Assembly (NCBI GenBank): GCA_963663165.1
Contig: OY760175.1
Location: 4,736,001 to 4,800,000, forward strand
DNA length: 64,000 nucleotides
Direction: 5' to 3'
Origin: an uncultured Desulfospira sp.
GTDB taxonomy: Bacteria > Desulfobacterota > Desulfobacteria > Desulfobacterales > Desulfobacteraceae
Positions 60,845 through 64,000 of this stretch are shown here, piece by piece (position 1 is the stretch's first letter; each line of letters opens with the position of its first letter). The notes beneath the pieces were generated by a model. That model was not told the origin of the DNA. It saw only the letters and a program-made list of their open reading frames with translations, and did no database searches. The position numbers were made by a program, and so were the translations under genes.

Positions 60845-62011
60845 ATGAGTGAAAATTATTCGGCATTTGGATTCGATCTGCCCACCAGCTGGCGGCATGG
60901 CATCGGCATGGCCGGCAGAGTCAATGAAGTGATGAAAGACCTTGGCTGTTGCAAGGCGCTGTTGCTGACCGACGATTTGCTGGTTGAAAATAAAGTGGTT
61001 GATCCCGTCATAAACTCACTGAAAGATGCCGGCATGGAATACACAATTTGCGGGGATGTCACCATGGAGCCCACCGTAAAGCTGTTTGACGCCATAGTTG
61101 ACAAACTGGATCTGGAAAGCTTTGATTCAATTATTGCCGTTGGCGGCGGCAGTGTGCTGGACGTCTCCAAGGGACTTGCCTTGATCGCCTCTTTTGGCGG
61201 CCATATTTCCGATTATGCGGGGTTCAACAAAGTGCCGGGGGTGCCAAAGCAGAAAATCATCACCATTCCCACCACATCCGGGACCGGAAGCGAGGTCTCA
61301 GACGGTGTGGTCCTCATTGATGAAGAACGGGAAACCAAATTTCTGGTCATCAGCAAGAAAATATGTCCCACTGTCGCCCTGACCGACCCTGAGCTGACCT
61401 GTTCCATGCCGCCGAGGGTCACCGTATGCAGCGGCGTTGACGCCCTTGTCCACGCCACGGAATCCTATATCTCCAACCGGGCGAGTGTGGTCACGGAAAT
61501 ATACGCATTAAAGGCCATTGAATACCTTTGCACCGGTTTCAAACCAGCCATAGCCAACGGTCAGGACATTAAAGCCCGCGAATATATGCAGCTTGGCGCG
61601 ACAATGGCCATGACCGCCGGCATGAATTCCTATCTTGGCCTGTGCCACGCCATGGCCATGCCCTTGTGCGCCCTTTACCACATGCCCCATGGGCAGGCCT
61701 GCGGCATGTCGCTTCCCACGGTGCTTCAGTTCAACGCCAAGGTAAGCAACGCCAAGGTAATAACGGCGCTCAAAACCATGGGATTGTATGACCCGAAGAC
61801 CGGTGATGATGCCACTAAGGATCAGGTCTATGACCTGTTGAAGGGGTTTTTAACCGACATTGGGATATCACTGAATTTAACGGATTTTAATTACACGGAA
61901 AAGGATAACCCCCAGATTATCCAGGCCACCCTGCAGAGCGCTCAAGCACCGACCAACCCCAGAAAGCTGTCTGAGCAGGATATGGCTGACATTATTTCCA
62001 AACTGAAATAA
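60845..62011 (+). CDS. Iron-containing alcohol dehydrogenase
   Basis: GGGSVLDVSK, PTTSGTGSEV, DALVHATE, HAMA..HG. Confidence 0.92.
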   Translation: MSENYSAFGFDLPTSWRHGIGMAGRVNEVMKDLGCCKALLLTDDLLVENKVVDPVINSLKDAGMEYTICGDVTMEPTVKLFDAIVDKLDLESFDSIIAVGGGSVLDVSKGLALIASFGGHISDYAGFNKVPGVPKQKIITIPTTSGTGSEVSDGVVLIDEERETKFLVISKKICPTVALTDPELTCSMPPRVTVCSGVDALVHATESYISNRASVVTEIYALKAIEYLCTGFKPAIANGQDIKAREYMQLGATMAMTAGMNSYLGLCHAMAMPLCALYHMPHGQACGMSLPTVLQFNAKVSNAKVITALKTMGLYDPKTGDDATKDQVYDLLKGFLTDIGISLNLTDFNYTEKDNPQIIQATLQSAQAPTNPRKLSEQDMADIISKLK

Positions 62012-62041
62012 TGGTCATGCCCTGGATGGTAGAAACCGGAC

Positions 62042-62071
62042 CCAATCCCCGGTTATCCGGCCGGGGATTGG
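62042..62071. other. Stem-loop after adh (no clear U-tract)
   Basis: CCAATCCCCGG...CCGGGGATTGG. Confidence 0.55.
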
Positions 62072-62231
62072 TCCATCACCAAAAATAGAGGCCTTTTTTC
62101 AGCTTGCTGATAAGGCTTCACATAAAAAAGGAGGGATATTTTCTACAATTTGCTACAACTCAACAGGTGTTAAGAAGGCGCGTGGCTTTTGCTCCAAATA
62201 TTAATCTCAAATTAAAGAAGAGGACAGCATA

Positions 62232-63257
62232 ATGAAGGTACGTCGAGTAGATCTTATTGTTTTTCTGTTTTTCGCTGCTATGGTTTTTGTTGCTGGAGGG
62301 CCTGCTACTGTTTCGGCAAAGGTTATTAAACTTAAGTATTGCAATATCTTTCCACCTACCCATATTCAAACGCAGCTTGGAGAATCCTGGATAAAGGAGA
62401 TTGAAAAAAGAACCGACGGCCGGGTAAAGGTTGATTATTATCCCGGTAGTGCGATCCTTAAAGCGGACAAGATGTACAGCGGTGTTCAGTCGGGAATCAG
62501 CGATATTGGAATGTCCATTTTTGTTTACAACCGGGGCATGTTTCCGGTGATGGAGGTGGTGGATCTGCCCCTTGGGTTTACCAGTGGACAAATGGCAACA
62601 TCTGTAATCAACGATATTTATAAAAAATTCCCCCCTGAAAAATTGGACAAGGAAGTTAAGGTTATGTACCTGCACGCCCATGGTCCGGGAGTGCTTCATG
62701 CAAAGAAAGCCATCCAGAGTTTAGAAGATATCAAGGGCCGGAAGATCAGGGGGCAGGGCGCCACGGCCCTGATTATCAAGTCCCTGGGCGGGGTGCCGGT
62801 GGCCATGGGACAGAGCCATACCTACGAAGCCCTCCAAAAAGGGGTGGTTGAGGGCAATTTCAGCCCCATGGAGGTGTTGAAGGGATGGAAACAGGCTGAT
62901 GTGGTTAAGTTTACAACCGCCTGCTACGGGGTGGGCTACTCCTCCACCTTTTACCTGATTATGAATAAACCCAAATGGGACTCCCTGCCCAAGGATATCC
63001 AGGAAATTTTTACTGAAGTCAATACCGAATGGTCCAAGAAACATGCCCAGGCCTGGGACCAGGTGGATAAGGAAGGCAAGGAGTATGCACTCGGTGAAGG
63101 CCATACGATGATCACCTTGAGCCCGGAAGAAAACGCCCGTTGGAAAGAGGCGGTACAGCCGGTGATTGACGGGTATATAGAGGACGCCAAAAAGCGGGGC
63201 CTGCCCGGCGAATTATATGTTGAGACAGCGCTCAAACTGATTAAAGAGTATAAATAA
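62232..63257 (+). CDS. dctP: TRAP substrate-binding protein
   Basis: Signal peptide; YYPGSAI, DIKGRKIR, YEALQKGVVEG. Confidence 0.92.
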   Translation: MKVRRVDLIVFLFFAAMVFVAGGPATVSAKVIKLKYCNIFPPTHIQTQLGESWIKEIEKRTDGRVKVDYYPGSAILKADKMYSGVQSGISDIGMSIFVYNRGMFPVMEVVDLPLGFTSGQMATSVINDIYKKFPPEKLDKEVKVMYLHAHGPGVLHAKKAIQSLEDIKGRKIRGQGATALIIKSLGGVPVAMGQSHTYEALQKGVVEGNFSPMEVLKGWKQADVVKFTTACYGVGYSSTFYLIMNKPKWDSLPKDIQEIFTEVNTEWSKKHAQAWDQVDKEGKEYALGEGHTMITLSPEENARWKEAVQPVIDGYIEDAKKRGLPGELYVETALKLIKEYK

Positions 63258-63280
63258 ACCGGTTAGTTGTGTCTAAATGG

Positions 63281-63310
63281 GGTGCAGGATCAAACGGTTG
63301 ATCCTGCACC
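63281..63310. other. Intercistronic hairpin between dctP and dctQ (possible mRNA stabiliser or attenuator)
   Basis: GGTGCAGGATCAA ACGG TTGATCCTGCACC perfect 13-bp stem. Confidence 0.65.
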
Positions 63311-63332
63311 AGTGAAAAAAAGGATGTTGAAT

Positions 63333-63833
63333 ATGCAACGATTTCGCATGGCCGTTAAATGGCCGGCATCAAAACTCAATTATGTTTCAGGAATATGTCT
63401 TGTGTCCATGATGGGGATCAATTGCCTTGACATTATTTTGCGGTTTTTCAGAATGCCGTTTCCCGGAACTTATGAAATCGTGGGCTTTTTAAGCGCCATC
63501 ATGATCAGCTTTGCAATGGCCCAGGCCACCCTGGAACGGACCCATGTTGCGGTGGAGCTTATCGTGTCCAGGCTTTCCAGACCGGTACAAAAAGTTTTTT
63601 TTGTTTTTGTGAATATCATTGTGCTGATTCTATTAGGTTTATTAAGCTTTGAAACCTTTCGGTACGGTATCTATTTTCAGAATTCCGGAGAACTTTCTCT
63701 GACACTGCAATTCCCATTCTACCCAATTTTATATGGCATGTCCGCTGCATACGGGATCGCTGCCCTTGTCCCTGCGGTCGATATCGGCTCTGTTCTGATC
63801 GGTAAACAAAAGGCCTGGTACAACTGGCAATGA
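63333..63833 (+). CDS. dctQ: TRAP small permease
   Basis: DIILRFFRMPFPGTYEIV, HVAVE, 4 TM segments. Confidence 0.9.
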   Translation: MQRFRMAVKWPASKLNYVSGICLVSMMGINCLDIILRFFRMPFPGTYEIVGFLSAIMISFAMAQATLERTHVAVELIVSRLSRPVQKVFFVFVNIIVLILLGLLSFETFRYGIYFQNSGELSLTLQFPFYPILYGMSAAYGIAALVPAVDIGSVLIGKQKAWYNWQ

Positions 63834-63878
63834 CCGGCGGTACGTCAAGTTAAATCTCAATCTGAAGAAAGGATTACA

Positions 63879-64000
63879 ATGGAAGCTCCAATTGTCGGCG
63901 TCATCGCCATCGGTGTTCTGATCTGCCTGTTGTTTGCCCGTCTGCCGGTAGCATTCAGTATGGCTGCGGTTGGTATTGCGGGTTTTTCGTATCTGGTTTC
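63879..64000 (+). CDS. dctM: TRAP large permease, N-terminus (runs off the window)
   Basis: MEAPIVGVIAIGVLICLLFARLPVAFSMAAVG, typical DctM start after dctQ. Confidence 0.8.
   Translation, partial: MEAPIVGVIAIGVLICLLFARLPVAFSMAAVGIAGFSYLV

Overview
Gene-dense chromosomal window from a sulfate-reducing deltaproteobacterium (Desulfobacteraceae-like, inferred from gene content). Core genes: Fe-S oxidoreductase/etfBA, three TRAP transporter sets, iorAB-like Mo-hydroxylase, pncA, PilS/PilR-like two-component system, pilMNOPQ, serS-thrC, a diguanylate cyclase, TetR-icmF-thiolase-hbd, a hybrid kinase, an ISKra4/ISLre2-like element carrying a DUF4338 gene, and an Fe-dependent alcohol dehydrogenase. 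The best candidate for a new system is a sigma54-driven operon (12.8-17.9 kb). It encodes an unannotated 52-aa basic peptide, an SpeD-like pyruvoyl decarboxylase, a Fem-like GNAT, an ATP-grasp ligase, a PLP decarboxylase, an acidic LysW-like zinc-ribbon protein and DksA, with a divergent pseudo-receiver activator. A 32-bp direct repeat suggests a TRAP cassette split this locus from a C39 peptidase/amidohydrolase/MFS module. Also seen: a putative ~80-nt sigma54-dependent sRNA with palindromic enhancer sites, and five intergenic repeat families. No rRNA, tRNA or CRISPR array was seen. All protein family calls come from motif recognition, not database searches.
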